DNA from: the human T2T-CHM13v2.0 reference genome, Homo sapiens | NCBI RefSeq assembly: GCF_009914755.1 | Contig: NC_060939.1 | Direction: 5' to 3' (one strand) | Length of the DNA: 64,000 nt | Shown here: one piece after another, positions 15,071 to 38,460 of the stretch | How positions within the stretch are numbered: position 1 is the stretch's first letter | Layout of the letters: every line of letters begins with the position of its first letter | The notes under the pieces: generated by a model | Databases searched by the model: none | What the model was told of the DNA's origin: nothing | What the model saw: only the letters and a program-made list of their open reading frames with translations | Position numbers and translations under genes: made by a program

Positions 15071-16001
15071 TTTCTGGTGGAACAGAGCCTCTCTCACCCT
15101 TGTGGTTTGGCCAATGGAGAAAGGACTCTCTTGGGGGAGCAACCTTGAACTTGGCTGTGTTTCCAGGCTTGCTTCGATGTAGCAGGCTGGTCTTAGGGTA
15201 CTGGCTTGGCTACCAGGGCCCTTCTCAGTAGGATCATTATGCCATGAATTGGTCTTAAATGTGACTTTCTCTCTGTCTCATGTAGGATAGTTGACACTGG
15301 CAAGGACCAGCTTCCCAGAATCAGACACAGAGGAGACAGCTTCTTTAGGACTCTCCAGTGACAAGCTAGTGCCAGTTCTGTGGTCAAGGGTTGACATGGG
15401 TTAGGAACAGAGGTAAATAAACGCTTGAGCTGCTGGAAAGTTCCATCTGTGCATCCCCAGCCTCCCCTGCATCTTTTCCTTTTTGTGTAAATTTCCATTC
15501 CTGGTAAGGATGGACACATGGAGAAACCCATCTTTTTTAATACAATGTCATCCCAAAAAAAATCACTTGGAGGGGTGGTGGCCCAGAATTCTGCATCCAG
15601 GGGCTTAGTGCAGACTTCTCAGGCTGGCCTGGAGGTGGTGCTATTTGCATGTGGTCAGTCTGGGATAATAAAGATGCTACCAGGGTATTGGATAAGAATC
15701 ACTAGCTGAACTTCACTTTGCATCTCTGTAATTGGATTCAAGAGGTTAATTAGTGAAAAACAGGTGAATTTCACATAATCTTTGGAGTGGTGCAGAGGAC
15801 TTTCTAACACAAAACTCACAGGCTATAAAAAGATAAGATTAACAAATTTGACTGCAAAAAAATTTCAAATTTCTATATTTAATAAACCAGCAGAAAACAA
15901 ACAGCAAACTGAGAAAGAGTAGCAACTGCTGTGACAAAGGGATAATTTTCTTAATATACAAAGAGCTCTTACAAATAAATCCAATTTAAAAATGGGAAAA
16001 G

Positions 16002-16260
16002 GACCGGGCACGTGGCTCATGCCTGTAATCTCAGCACTTTGGGAGGCCAAGACGGCTGGATCACCTGAGGTCAGGAATTCAAGACCAGCCTGATCAACAT
16101 GGTGAAATCTCTGTCTCTACTAAAAACACGCAAAATTAGCCAGGTGTGGTGGCGCACGCCGGTAATCCCAGCTACTTGGGAGGCTGAGGCAGGAGAATCA
16201 CTTGATCCGAGATCGTGTCACTGCACTCCAGCCTGGGCGACAGAGGAGGAAAAAAAAAAG
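16002..16260 (+). mobile_element. Alu with internal deletion
   Basis: Alu consensus with poly-A. Confidence 0.9.
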
Positions 16261-16547
16261 CAGTCATTTCATTGCAGGTGCCTCCAGTAATTGCTCAGTG
16301 CAAACATACATAACTATTCTATCACAGACCATTAAGGGTGTCTCTCTCCATTTTTAGATTTTCCGCTTGAGTTTCCAGGTAGTTTCTCACCTGTTTTCAA
16401 GCAGGGTTGGGGCAGCCGTTTCTTCAACAGCGCCAGCCGTAAAACACAAAGATGGAGGCCAACCTCCCACACCCGGGCACCCTCCCTTCCCCCATACTGA
16501 GATTGACAAGTAAGCAACCCGGTGATCAGTACTAAAATGGAGACGTC

Positions 16548-16742
16548 AGCCAGGTGCGGTGGCTCACACCTGTAATTCCAGCACTTTGGGAGGCTGAGGA
16601 GGAAGGATCGCTTGAGCCCAGGGGTTCGAGGTCAGCCTGGGCAACATATGGAAACCCTGTCTCTATGAAATGTAGATCCTGTCTGTGTGTGTGTGTGTAT
16701 AAATAAATATATATATATATACAAATACATACATATATATAT
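16548..16742 (+). repeat. Alu monomer (FLAM-like) followed by (TG)n/(TA)n microsatellite
   Basis: Left-monomer consensus at 16548-16672; TG/TA tract at 16683-16742. Confidence 0.8.
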
Positions 16743-16839
16743 TTAAAAAATAAAATGGGGACGTCCAACACGTGTACTAGGGGCGGTGTCTCTGCCTGGG
16801 GAGGTGGTGATGACAGGGCAGGCTCCACCCAGGAGAAGC

Positions 16840-17900
16840 TGGAAGAATGGGAGTTCCGCGGCAGAGGAGGCGGGGCAGGGCGTTCCTCCAAACACAGGAA
16901 TACCACGTGCGAAAACAAAGGGGTGTGCGAAGACCGGGTGCATGTGTACAGCTGCAAACTGGGGGAAAGGCGCCAGGCTTGGGCGATGAGGATTTGTTCC
17001 CCCATGGATTCCCTTCCTGCCCAGGGTCCGCTCTCGCCGGTCGAGGGTGCCTAACAATACTCCTTGCCACAAGGTTCGCAGCCGAAAAGGTCCTTCAAGT
17101 CCGGCCATCCAACTTTCACTTTTTATAGACAAATATACAGAGGCCTTAGATAAGTGAAACGGCTTGTCTCGGGTTACAGCTCTAGCCAACACAGGGTTTC
17201 TGACGGTCAGTCTGCGGATTTTCCTGCCTCTGGTCCGCAGGCACTGCCCAGGCTGTCAGCCCCAAACCCTACTCCGGGGACCGCGGTCAGGTTCGTCTCC
17301 GGGCGGACTACATCTCCCACAATGCCTTGGGCCCAGCCTCCCTCCTGCCGCCCGGCTGGGTGCCGTCTCCACCAACAGAAAGGCAGAATTTCCAGGGCCG
17401 TTCTCGGCAGCCAATGAGCGCGGCGGTGGGCGGGCCTCTCCCGTCCATTGTTCTCGGTGCCCCACGGGCTTGAGCCGGGGTGAATCTGGAGGGGCCGGGC
17501 CGAGCCCGGGGGCGCTTTCGCACGCGAAGCAACCGCTAGAGCAGGACCTGGTCTCCCGAGAGGTGAGCCGGAGAGGCAGGCCTGGAGCCACGCGGACCCC
17601 GGGCAGTAGCCCGAGGTGAGGGAATAGTGGGCCTGGAGCCAGCTGCCGGCAGCTCTGCTGGGGGAGGGGCGTCGGGGTCGCGCTCCGTATCCTGCGGGCC
17701 CTGCAGCCCCGATTTACGCGCCGGCTCCGCTCAGCGAACCGTCCCGGACGCGTCTCCCTGGCGGAGAGCTCCTTGCCTCTCCTACCGAGAAGCGCAGGCT
17801 TTGGACGGGAAGGGGCATTCGACGACATCCCGCGCAGCGTACACGTTTTACAGATGGGGAAACTGAGGTTCAGAGGGGGCGTGTCGTGCCCCAAGTCAGA
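16840..17900 (+). promoter_or_regulatory. ZSCAN2: ZSCAN2 CpG-island promoter and non-coding exon 1
   Basis: High CpG; ZNF143/THAP11-type GACTACATCTCCCACAATGCC at 17306-17326; CCAAT at 17411-17415; GC box at 17428-17434; candidate donors AG|GTGAGC (17563) and GAG|GTGAGG (17616). Confidence 0.85.
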
Positions 17901-18139
17901 CCGCAAATTAGCTGACCTGGCACACTTTTCCCAGGCTCCCAAATAGGAAGAGTTCTCTTACACCATATGCCAGTATTTCTTCTAGTGATTTGAGTAAATA
18001 CACGTTGAGAGCTTCGGTTTTCCCACTAGCTTTTATTTTTTGTCCTTTTTTTTTTAAGCTTTTGTCAGCTTTTCTCCCCTTTTCATTGAGGGAGGGTTGT
18101 TAGTTGAGTCTTTATGATGTAGTAATGATTTTTTAAAAA

Positions 18140-20099
<1,960 letters not shown>

Positions 20100-20354
20100 T
20101 AAGCCATTTTTTCTTTAAGAAGAACAGGAAACGTCTGTTGGTTTGCATATGTAAGGGCCACTTGGTGGTCTGACCTGGGCTTTTGTGAGTTAGATTGCTT
20201 TAGGACAGTCTACCTATGGATTATGGTTCTCTTTTTTGTTTCTCAGCGGGACTACTTGTTGATATTTGAGGAGGGAAGTGTCTTACCTGAGAGCCTGGCT
20301 GGAGAAGACTGAGGTCCAAGGCTTGAAGCCTAAGTGATTGCCCCAGGACTGTGG

Positions 20355-20760
20355 ATGATGGCTGCAGACATCCCGAGAGTGACCACTCCGCTGAGCTCCT
20401 TGGTCCAGGTGCCTCAAGAGGAAGATAGACAGGAGGAGGAGGTCACCACCATGATCCTGGAGGATGACTCCTGGGTGCAAGAAGCTGTGCTGCAGGAGGA
20501 TGGCCCTGAGTCTGAGCCCTTTCCCCAGAGTGCTGGCAAGGGCGGCCCCCAGGAGGAGGTGACCAGGGGACCACAGGGTGCACTCGGCCGCCTCCGAGAG
20601 CTCTGCCGGCGCTGGCTGAGACCAGAGGTACACACCAAGGAGCAGATGTTAACCATGCTGCCAAAGGAAATTCAGGCTTGGCTGCAAGAGCATCGGCCTG
20701 AAAGCAGTGAGGAGGCAGCGGCCCTGGTGGAAGACTTGACCCAGACCCTTCAGGACAGTG
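20355..20760 (+). CDS. ZSCAN2: ZSCAN2 first coding exon (acidic N-terminus and atypical SCAN domain); exon starts at 20247
   Basis: Acceptor tttctcag|20247; MMAADIPRV...[20 protein letters not shown]...[10 protein letters not shown]; donor G|gtgaga after 20760 (135 codons + 1 nt). Confidence 0.96.
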
Positions 20761-21134
20761 GTGAGACGCAGAACCTCATAGGGAGAGGGCGGGAGCACCC
20801 TTCCAAGGTAGAGGAGTGTGGTGTTTCGGAGGAGGAGAAGGTGGTGTCCAAGGCAGAGTGGGGGGCTAGCGCCATCCCTCTGCTCTGTCTGCAGGCAGTC
20901 AGCGTGTTCATCAGCCTTTTAGTGTCCTCACTGTGTGCAAAGTCAGCTCCAGAAGTGCTAGGAGGGCCTTAGAGCTACATTTGAATTGTAAGCACAGTTT
21001 TTACTTCTGTGTTTATTTGGAGTGGTTGGGAAGGTGATGGAAGTTAAACGGGAGGAGATGGAGACCCCTGGCACCTTCACGTGGTTGTGCAAGAAACATC
21101 CAAATGGTTCTTGCAATTAGAGAAAACAATCTGA

Positions 21135-21462
<328 letters not shown>

Positions 21463-22955
21463 CCAAAGTGGTTATTTTTATGAAACCAAGAGAAATGACA
21501 AGTAAACCAGCTAATAACTAGGGACTTTCTGTGGTATAAAGTAATCCTGGGCTCTTAAAATCGTAATTTCAAACTTGAGCTCTTTGCAATAGTTACTCTA
21601 TTTTTTTCCGGTGTTACTAATAAGTATTGGGATTCTGGCTTGCCGTTTAACCGCTGTCTCCCTCCTGGTTTTCCATTGTAAAGTAGACTCACTGGATGAC
21701 CAAATGTTTACTTCAGATGTGCCTTGAGGGCTGTCTCAGGGCTCGAAGGATATGGCTGCCTTTGTGCTGATGAAAACTACGGAAGTTCAGAGAAGGGAGC
21801 GTGGAGAGGAAAGGTCAGGTCAGAGAAGGCTTCCTGGAGGAGGTGACACCTAAGCAGGAGGTTGTAGAAGGGAGTAGGGTGTGGCAGCTGAGAGGAGCTG
21901 TGCTGAGCAGAGGCTTGGAAGGGCAGAGCCACGGTGGTTTATACCTTTGGGTGACAGGAGAGCTGGCAGATTGGAGTGGCAAGTGTGTTTTTAGGAAGTG
22001 GTAGGAAGTAGAGTTTGGGGGAAGGGTGGGTGAGGGCTTGGACTGAATGTTTTGCCTCAGTGGGTTCTTGAACTAGACCCCCAAGGGGCATGGAAGGAAG
22101 CGGAGTTTGGCAACAGGATGTAGGTTTGATTAGGGTAGTGAGAGGCTAGGGGCAGGAGAGCAGCCAGGAAGCTCCCTTGTCTTCAGGTGTGCAGTGATGG
22201 GGGTCTGCCCCAGATGGGGCACGTGTGAGAAAGAACTGATAGTCACCATGGCTAGCACTTTCCAAGCTCTTTCTGCAAGCCAGGAAATATGCTTAGCATC
22301 TAATATGGAAAACTCATGTAATCTTCACCACCCTGGAAGATAAGCAGGATTATCATCACCAGAGATCCCTTAAGATCATGTGCCTTTGTACCAGGCAGAA
22401 CCAAGATTTGAACTTATGTGTGTGAGGACATAGCCCATGTTTTTAAGCGTTGTCATATGTATGATTCTAAGAGACACTTCCTAGTGGGTGTTGGAAGTTG
22501 GGGATGCAGATGGAATTAAGACAGTGACTACAGAGCATCTGGCCTGGAGGATTCAGAGGACTGGGAAGAGAAGAGAAGGAAACTGAAGGGGATTTGGGGC
22601 AGAGACTATCACAAACTCCAGGGACTGGGTGAATGAGTAGAGCTGTCCTCTGGAGAAAGGGACTGACGCCGAAGGTCTGCAGTGACCCAGCCCTGCCCTG
22701 GGCACCTTCATGCTTGTCTCACTAAGAATCCTGTGAGTGGCTGGCATTGTCATTTCACAGATAGGAAATATAAGTGCAGGAAACTCACATGGCTGTTGAG
22801 TGGTGGAGCCAGGATTCAAACCCAGACCTGTCTCTTTCTGCATGGAGATCTCAGTTTTGCTTGAAGCAAAGTGCTTGATTTTCTTTGGCCCTGAAAAAAT
22901 AACTGCATTTTATTCCTTCTATTAAAATAAGCAAACCTGTCTCCCTATTTTACAG

Positions 22956-23002
22956 CTGTAGCTGTCTTTGCTTCCCTTCCGGTGGAGGTGACCAGTTTGT
23001 AA
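22956..23002 (+). CDS. ZSCAN2: ZSCAN2 alternative terminal exon A (AVAVFASLPVEVTSL*; 150-aa finger-less isoform)
   Basis: Acceptor ctattttacag|, phase-1 compatible with the SCAN exon; TAA at 23000-23002; AATAAA at 23287-23292. Confidence 0.7.
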
Positions 23003-23934
23003 TGAACTTCTGGATCTCCAGTCAGATACTATGGAGGAGAGAGTGATGGAGGGCTGAGGAGAGGCCTCAGGTTGTTATTTGGTTGGGGAGGCACAGAGCA
23101 GAGGTTCAGGTCTCAGCAGGTGTCAGAGGTGATTACAGCCCTTCCCATCCACCTTGCAGCAGGGGCTTTGTGCCTTTCATCTTTAACTGGGCACCTGAGA
23201 TGGGAACCAATGGGGACCATCCCAGACACATGGGTTTGTCTGTCCCTGACTTCTGCCTCTGAGATTGTCTTTGTTGGTCTTTGTTTAATAAACGCCCCGA
23301 CCTTCCTCATGATTGCTCACAGGAGTCCCTGCGTTTGTCTTCATCCCTTCTCAAACATTTACTCGACATAAGGCCGCGTGACCTCTATTCTGTTTGTCCA
23401 GCTTATGACCTTTGGACACATTCACCCAGCACAGGATATTTCCAGGCCTGGTTAGTCAGTGGCGGTTTAATGTTTTTCTGACAGGAACCTCTGGGCACTC
23501 AAAATTCAAGTACCTTCTAATTCTAATGAAGATCGGACCTATATTAATAGATTAAGTGGCAGAGCTTATGTCTCTCTGTGACTGTTTCCAGAGGACATTT
23601 TACTCTCCATACCCAGCCCTAATCCAGATGCGTGGAGTTTCTCACCTGAATTCTTGGAGCAGCTGCCAAACTGAACCTGTCTTCAGCTTCTGCCCCTTCA
23701 TCCCAGCTCTTCCACTTCTACCAGAGTGATGGGGCACTCCTGCTTAAAAACCTTCATGAGCTTCCCAGTATCTACCAAATCAAGCATGACCTCCTTGTTC
23801 TGCTTGGAATCCGTGGCTCTGTGGGACCTGGCCCAAACCTCCCCTGCAGTCTTTTCCCACCCCTGACCCCCCATGCTCTATCCCCACTCCATTCAGACCA
23901 GATCTTGCTCTTTCTTGAACACAGCCTGTGCTTT

Positions 23935-24302
<368 letters not shown>

Positions 24303-24639
24303 TGAGTGCCCACCCGTGGAGACCCTCTTCATAAAGCTGCTCTTAAACCCTGTCCCTTTTCCCCATCCCCAGTTCCACACACCTGGGAGCACCTCTAATC
24401 ACCTCTGCTAGAAGTCGTCTCCCCCAGAACATTTGGATTCTCTCTCTTGGCTTTTTATCATAGTTCACCTTCTTTTCTGTTTATATGAATACTTGTCTTA
24501 TTTCTTCTAGGAACCTGTAAAATCCTAGAAGACAAGGAACCTGTCTTTTTCCTTTCTCTTTCATTCCCCCTCTTCCCTCTCTTCCACCCTACTCCCTCTT
24601 CCTTTCCCTCTCCCTTCAGTATCATGAACCTCGGAGCCC

Positions 24640-25392
<753 letters not shown>

Positions 25393-25675
25393 CCAGGAGA
25401 GGAATAGAGGTTATCAACTTCAAGCCTACTCTTGTCCAACAGTTGAGTGAAAGAGTCACAGCTGACCTCTCCAGCCATCCTCAGCATCATCTGGCTTTCA
25501 GCCATCAGAGGCAACAGGTGATTTGTTTTGAGCTTGCTGCCCCAGCAAAATGCTCCCTTAATGACCACAAATGAACACATACATTCATTTGTCTCAGCCA
25601 GAAAGGGAGTGGAGAGTGTTACAGCTTATGTCTTTTTAAAGCTACAATTCTTAGCTTCAAAACAAAATTACTTTT

Positions 25676-25915
25676 ATATATATATATACACATATATATC
25701 TATGATATATATCATATATGATATATGAGATATATGATATATCTCATATGATATATATATGAGAGAGAGACAAAGTCTCACTCTGTCAACCCAGGCTGGA
25801 GTGCACTGGTGTGATCATAGCTCACTATAACCTCGAACTCTTGGCCTCAAGTGGTCCTCCTGTTTCAGCCACCCAAAGCACTGCGATAACAGGAATGAGC
25901 CACTGTGCCCAGCCC
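25676..25915 (-). repeat. (TA)n/(GA)n tract abutting a truncated AluJ/FLAM
   Basis: Visible TA repeat followed by a reverse Alu piece. Confidence 0.8.
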
Positions 25916-26589
25916 AAAAATTACCTTTAATTTACTCAAATGTTTGAAAAGTATACCGGACAGAATTCTTAGGGAGCGGTAACGTTATACCTATGAAATG
26001 TTTAGCATTCATGTATTTCACCTGATAACAGTCCATTGCTGTTTTTATCAGCAGTTAGTCTTTCAAGCAGCCAGAGTTCAGGGGGAACAATGCTCCCAGT
26101 CCCACTGGGCTTGCCAGGGCAGCGCTCTAATGCGGAGAGCCCTAGTGAGAATGGAGCTGGGCATACCCTATATCAGAACCACTTCTCTATTTTAGACCAG
26201 TGGCTGAGACACAGGGGTAGGACACAATCAGGCAGGAAGGGGCTGGAGAAGAATTTTGAGCCAAACACACACCAAAGCACCAAAGACTGTGACCAGTTTA
26301 TTTCATTGTTACAGCAAAGTCAGGTCTATCCCCTATTGACATGAGTCTTCCCCATGTTCATTCTGGTATGCTCTGTGGTGCGGGAGAGAAAGAGGAGGCC
26401 TGTGGCCAGGCGAGGACACGCAGGGCCCTGTGAACGGCCACGGGAATTTGTGCTGTGCACGTGAGGCCAGAGCTCACGTGGCAAGTGCGAGAAATACAAG
26501 GACCGTTGGCTGAGATTGAGCTACGGTGGCAGCTTTTGTCCACTGACAGATAAGGGGAGAGGTCCTGTGGCCCTTCAGGGACTGTTCCA

Positions 26590-27430
26590 GTGAATGATTT
26601 TTGGACAGTGGTCAAATCATTTTGAAAAAACTAAAATTGGATACCTACTTTGCAGCTTACAAAGAAATAGATCCCTGCTTTACAAGTTACACAAAAATAG
26701 GTCCCAGATGGATTACAGATCTGTAATAGACAGGATCTGAAATGACATGTGAGAGAATATTTTTGTAATCTTAGCATGCGGGAAGGACTTTCATGTTTGT
26801 TTGACAGGAACCTCTAGGCACTCACAATTCAAGTATGAAGTGTGAATAAGCAATACAGAAGTCATCAAAGCTAGATTGGACTCAAAACAGAAGTCTTTCT
26901 TTCTTTCTTTCTTTTTTTTTTTTTTTTTTGAGATGGAGTCTCACCCTGTCGCCCAGGCTGGAGTGCAGTGGCGCCATCTCGGCACTGCAACCTCCACCTC
27001 CAGGGTTCAAGTGATTCTCCTGCCTCAGCCTCCCGAGTAGGTGGGACTACAGGCACCCACCACCACTCCCGGCTAATTTTTGTATTTTTAGAAGAGATGG
27101 GGTTTCACCATGTTGGTCAGGCTGGTCTCAATCTCCTGAACTCAGGCAATTCGCCCGCCTCTGCCTCCCAAGGTGCAGGGATTACAGGCGTGAGCCACTG
27201 CACCCAGCCAAAACAGAAGTGTTTCATATAAAAAACGATACTGTGAATCAAAAGACAGCATACACATTAGGAGGAAATATTTGCATCCAAGTCTAATGTA
27301 GCAGATCATGAGTCAAAATCCTTGATCTACAAGAGCCTCTGCAAATTCATAAGAAAAGTCAACCAAATAGAATAAAAGGTAAAAGATATAAACAATTTAG
27401 AAATGAAGAACTAAAAATTATGAAAATATG
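26590..27430 (+). mobile_element. L1M ORF2 remnant interrupted by an antisense Alu (~26900-27210)
   Basis: Degenerate L1 text (aaattggatacctac...; ggaggaaatatttgca); Alu with TSD aaaacagaagt. Confidence 0.65.
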
Positions 27431-27434
27431 TTCT

Positions 27435-29351
<1,917 letters not shown>

Positions 29352-29725
29352 TCATATGTTCATCTAATAGTTTGATGCTGCTATTTGGGTTTTTTGTTTT
29401 AACATTTAAATCTTAGATCCATTTGGGATTTGTCCGTTTCTGGGTCCAGCTTGAATTTTTCCATTTGAATTGAATTTTTCCAGTTTTCCGTAACTAGTTC
29501 TTCCAGCATCATTTATTGTATGTTGTGTCTCTTCTCCATGGATTTAAGAGGCCAACCGTATTGTATGCTAAATTTTCATAGTCATTATACAGATTATCTT
29601 TTCTCTTCTCTTGGCCTGTCTATTTCTGTTCCACTTGTATTAAATTCTGAACTTACATATCTATTGAATCTATTTCTGGAGTTTTTATTTTGTTTATTTG
29701 GTCTGATTGTCTATTAATGTTTTAA

Positions 29726-32053
<2,328 letters not shown>

Positions 32054-32382
32054 TCTGTCATTCTTTTTAATCCTTTTAACCTATTCCTTTGTTTCCATTT
32101 CCTGTCATTGCTTTCTTATTTTGGTCCTCTTTTTCCCATTCTTGGAATGGTGCTTTCCAAGATGCCTATTCCCATTGCGCTCCTTTTCCTGTTGTCTTCA
32201 TTTCTCTGGCTGATTTTCCCTCCTTTCCTGAGTTCTTCTAGTGTACATTTAATCTCTTCCTGTTGTCTCACCATCCCTTCTTCAAGCTCTTCTCTGTGGT
32301 ATTCCTTTATAAAGGCAGTTGCCTCATTTAATTATTTTTATGGATGGAAATGATCACTTTTCTCAGTAATAGTAATTCCTTG

Positions 32383-32701
<319 letters not shown>

Positions 32702-32731
32702 TCAAAGGCTCTTTCCTTCTCTGCTTTCCAG

Positions 32732-32766
32732 AAACAGCTTCCTGCGTACATGGCTGCCCTGTGTGA
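32732..32766 (+). CDS. ZSCAN2: ZSCAN2 alternative terminal exon B (ETASCVHGCPV*; 146-aa finger-less isoform)
   Basis: Strong acceptor ctttccttctctgctttccag|, phase-1 compatible; TGA at 32764-32766; AATAAA at 33012-33017. Confidence 0.7.
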
Positions 32767-33262
32767 TTCCAGTTGCAGCCTCACCTCCTTTGCCTCTCTG
32801 AACCAAAGAAGCCAGCCCTGCTTACCCCAGTTCCCAAACACAGGAAGTGATTTTCTGCCTGAGCTTTCTGAGTTCTGTTCCCTCCCACCCCAGGGCTCTC
32901 CATGCTTATTCATTGCATTTCCTTCCTCATTGCTTTTACCCAGTCTGCTGTTTTGGGAAGCCCTGACATGTATTTTGGTGCCTACATATTTTATCTTCTG
33001 ATCTCACTGAAAATAAAATTGGATTTTACTTGTTTTCCTTGTTGCTTCCGAGCTCATTGGAGAGCTAACCAGTTCTGATTTTAAAACAGCAAAAACAGCC
33101 TTATTAGCTAATGTTACCTATTCAATTACTAAAATCACCCAAAAAAATGTTTTTGGTCATGTTAGTTTGCTAAAAATTAATCAGGGCCTTGGCCTGCAGG
33201 TTCTTCTAGAAGAGAGATGCTGGCAGGGCTCTGTGCTCAAAACTTGCCAAAAAACTGTCTTC

Positions 33263-35871
<2,609 letters not shown>

Positions 35872-36344
35872 TCATAAGCTCCCACTGCAGACAAATTTGA
35901 GGGCTCTTTTAACAATCCAGTTAACTTGCTTCTAGTCATTGGTATACACACCTAGGGTCCTTATTGCACGGGCTCTGTCATCTTTCCTGTGTCTAAATAC
36001 AAAGTAATGCGGTCATAAACACCAGATACATGTTAATACAAGAAATTATTATATAAGCTCCTTTTGAAAGGAGACTGAGCTTTAGGGAAATGTCTATGGT
36101 ACCAATAAAAAAACTCATTCATGCACTCATTACATTGAATCAAGCACCAGGCATTATGGTGAGTGTGGGGGTAATTGGGTAGGTACCCTGTTTATGTCCT
36201 TTAAAATTCCCACCTGACCTCATTTTCAGATGAAGACACAGGTAGTGGGGACATGGAACCCAAATCTTTAAGGCTTTGAAATTCTGGGTGATTGCCACAA
36301 AGATTATGAGGCCTGACAACCAGTCAGAATGAAATAAGCCTGGG

Positions 36345-36872
36345 TTGTTTTTTTTTTTTTTTTTTTCCATCAGCTTTTAGGTTCAGGGGTACATGTGCAG
36401 GATGTGCAGGTTTGCTACAAAGGTAAATGCGTGCCATGGTGGTTTACTGCACAGGTCATCCCACCACCTAGGTATTAAGCCCAGCATCCATTAGCTATTC
36501 TTCCTGATGCTCTCCCTCCCCCTCCCCCACAGGCCCCAGGGTGTGTTATTTCCCTCCATGTGCTCATGTGTTCTCTTCATTCAGCTCCTGCTTATAAGAG
36601 AAAAGATGCAGTGTTTGGTTTTCTGTTCCTATGTTAGTTTGCTGAGGATAATGGCTTCCAATTCCATTCATGTCCCTGCAAAAGATATGATCTCATTCTT
36701 TTTTTTGGCTGCATAGTATACCATGGTGTATATGTACTACATTTTCTTCATCCAATCTATCATTGATGGGCATTTGGGTTGATTCTATGTCTTTGCTATT
36801 GTGAATAGTGCAGCATTGAACATGTGCGTGCATGTATCTTTATAATAGAATGATTTATATTCCTTTGGGTAT
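36345..36872 (-). mobile_element. L1PA 3' end (5'-truncated)
   Basis: Poly-T then ggttcaggggtacatgtgcaggatgtgcaggtttg...tatattcctttgggtata, L1PA 3' UTR text. Confidence 0.9.
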
Positions 36873-37021
36873 ATTAAACCTGATTATTAAAGGCTTTGAG
36901 GATTTTCTAGCCTCTTTGTGTTCACTGGAAGTTTAATTTTTATAAATTTCCCCCTTCGTTTTCTTTTGTCATCATGACAGGGAGTTGAGTAGACATTGTA
37001 TGTTTTTCTTCATTGTTTCAG

Positions 37022-38460
37022 ATTTTGAGATACAGAGTGAAAATGGGGAGAACTGTAATCAAGACATGTTTGAGAATGAATCACGTAAGATATTCTCGGA
37101 AATGCCTGAAGGTGAAAGTGCTCAGCACTCCGATGGGGAAAGTGACTTTGAGAGAGATGCTGGCATCCAGAGGCTCCAGGGACACACCCCAGGTGAGGAC
37201 CACGGGGAGGTGGTTTCTCAGGACAGGGAAGTTGGCCAGCTCATAGGCCTGCAGGGCACCTACCTAGGGGAGAAGCCCTACGAATGTCCCCAGTGTGGGA
37301 AGACCTTCAGCCGGAAATCCCACCTCATCACACACGAGAGGACCCACACAGGAGAGAAATACTACAAATGTGATGAATGTGGAAAAAGCTTTAGTGATGG
37401 TTCAAATTTTAGTAGACACCAAACCACTCACACCGGGGAGAAGCCCTACAAATGCAGAGACTGTGGGAAGAGCTTTAGCCGGAGTGCCAACCTCATAACC
37501 CACCAGAGGATCCACACGGGGGAAAAGCCCTTCCAGTGTGCCGAGTGTGGCAAGAGCTTCAGCAGGAGTCCCAACCTCATTGCACATCAGCGCACCCACA
37601 CAGGAGAGAAACCCTACTCGTGCCCCGAGTGTGGAAAGAGCTTTGGCAACCGATCCAGCCTTAACACGCATCAGGGGATCCACACTGGAGAAAAGCCCTA
37701 CGAATGTAAAGAATGCGGCGAAAGCTTTAGTTACAACTCCAATCTAATCAGACACCAGAGAATCCACACAGGAGAGAAACCCTACAAATGTACCGACTGT
37801 GGGCAGAGGTTCAGCCAGAGTTCAGCCCTCATCACCCACCGGAGAACCCACACAGGAGAGAAACCCTACCAGTGCAGCGAGTGTGGGAAAAGCTTCAGCC
37901 GCAGCTCTAACCTGGCCACACACCGGAGAACCCACATGGTGGAGAAGCCCTATAAGTGTGGGGTGTGTGGGAAGAGCTTCAGCCAGAGCTCCAGTCTGAT
38001 TGCACACCAGGGCATGCACACAGGGGAGAAACCCTACGAGTGCCTGACATGTGGGGAGAGCTTCAGCTGGAGCTCCAACCTCCTCAAGCACCAGAGGATC
38101 CACACGGGAGAGAAACCCTACAAATGCAGCGAGTGTGGGAAATGCTTCAGCCAGCGCTCCCAGCTCGTAGTGCACCAGCGGACCCACACGGGCGAGAAGC
38201 CCTACAAATGCCTCATGTGCGGCAAGAGCTTCAGCCGGGGCTCCATTCTGGTCATGCACCAGAGAGCCCATTTGGGAGACAAGCCCTACAGGTGCCCTGA
38301 GTGTGGGAAAGGCTTTAGCTGGAACTCAGTCCTCATTATACATCAGCGAATCCACACTGGGGAGAAGCCCTACAAATGCCCCGAGTGTGGCAAAGGCTTC
38401 AGCAACAGCTCTAACTTTATCACACATCAGAGAACTCACATGAAAGAGAAACTTTATTGA
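37022..38460 (+). CDS. ZSCAN2: ZSCAN2 final coding exon, 14 C2H2 zinc fingers (full CDS 406+1439 nt = 614 aa)
   Basis: Acceptor cattgtttcag|AT joins in frame (G+AT = Asp); 14 CxxC-12-HxxxH units with TGEKP-type linkers; TGA at 38458-38460. Confidence 0.97.

Noticed and set aside
16743-17942. Overlapping long ORFs (up to 228 aa) at the ZSCAN2 promoter
   Set aside because: Stop-codon scarcity in a GC-rich island; no recognisable domain.
20761-20972. C-terminal extension of the 212-aa ORF
   Set aside because: Read-through past a good donor at 20761; intronic.
37402-38300. Antisense and alternative-frame ORFs, and 84-nt periodicity that could mimic a repeat-spacer array
   Set aside because: By-products of the C2H2 tandem array; not CRISPR-like.
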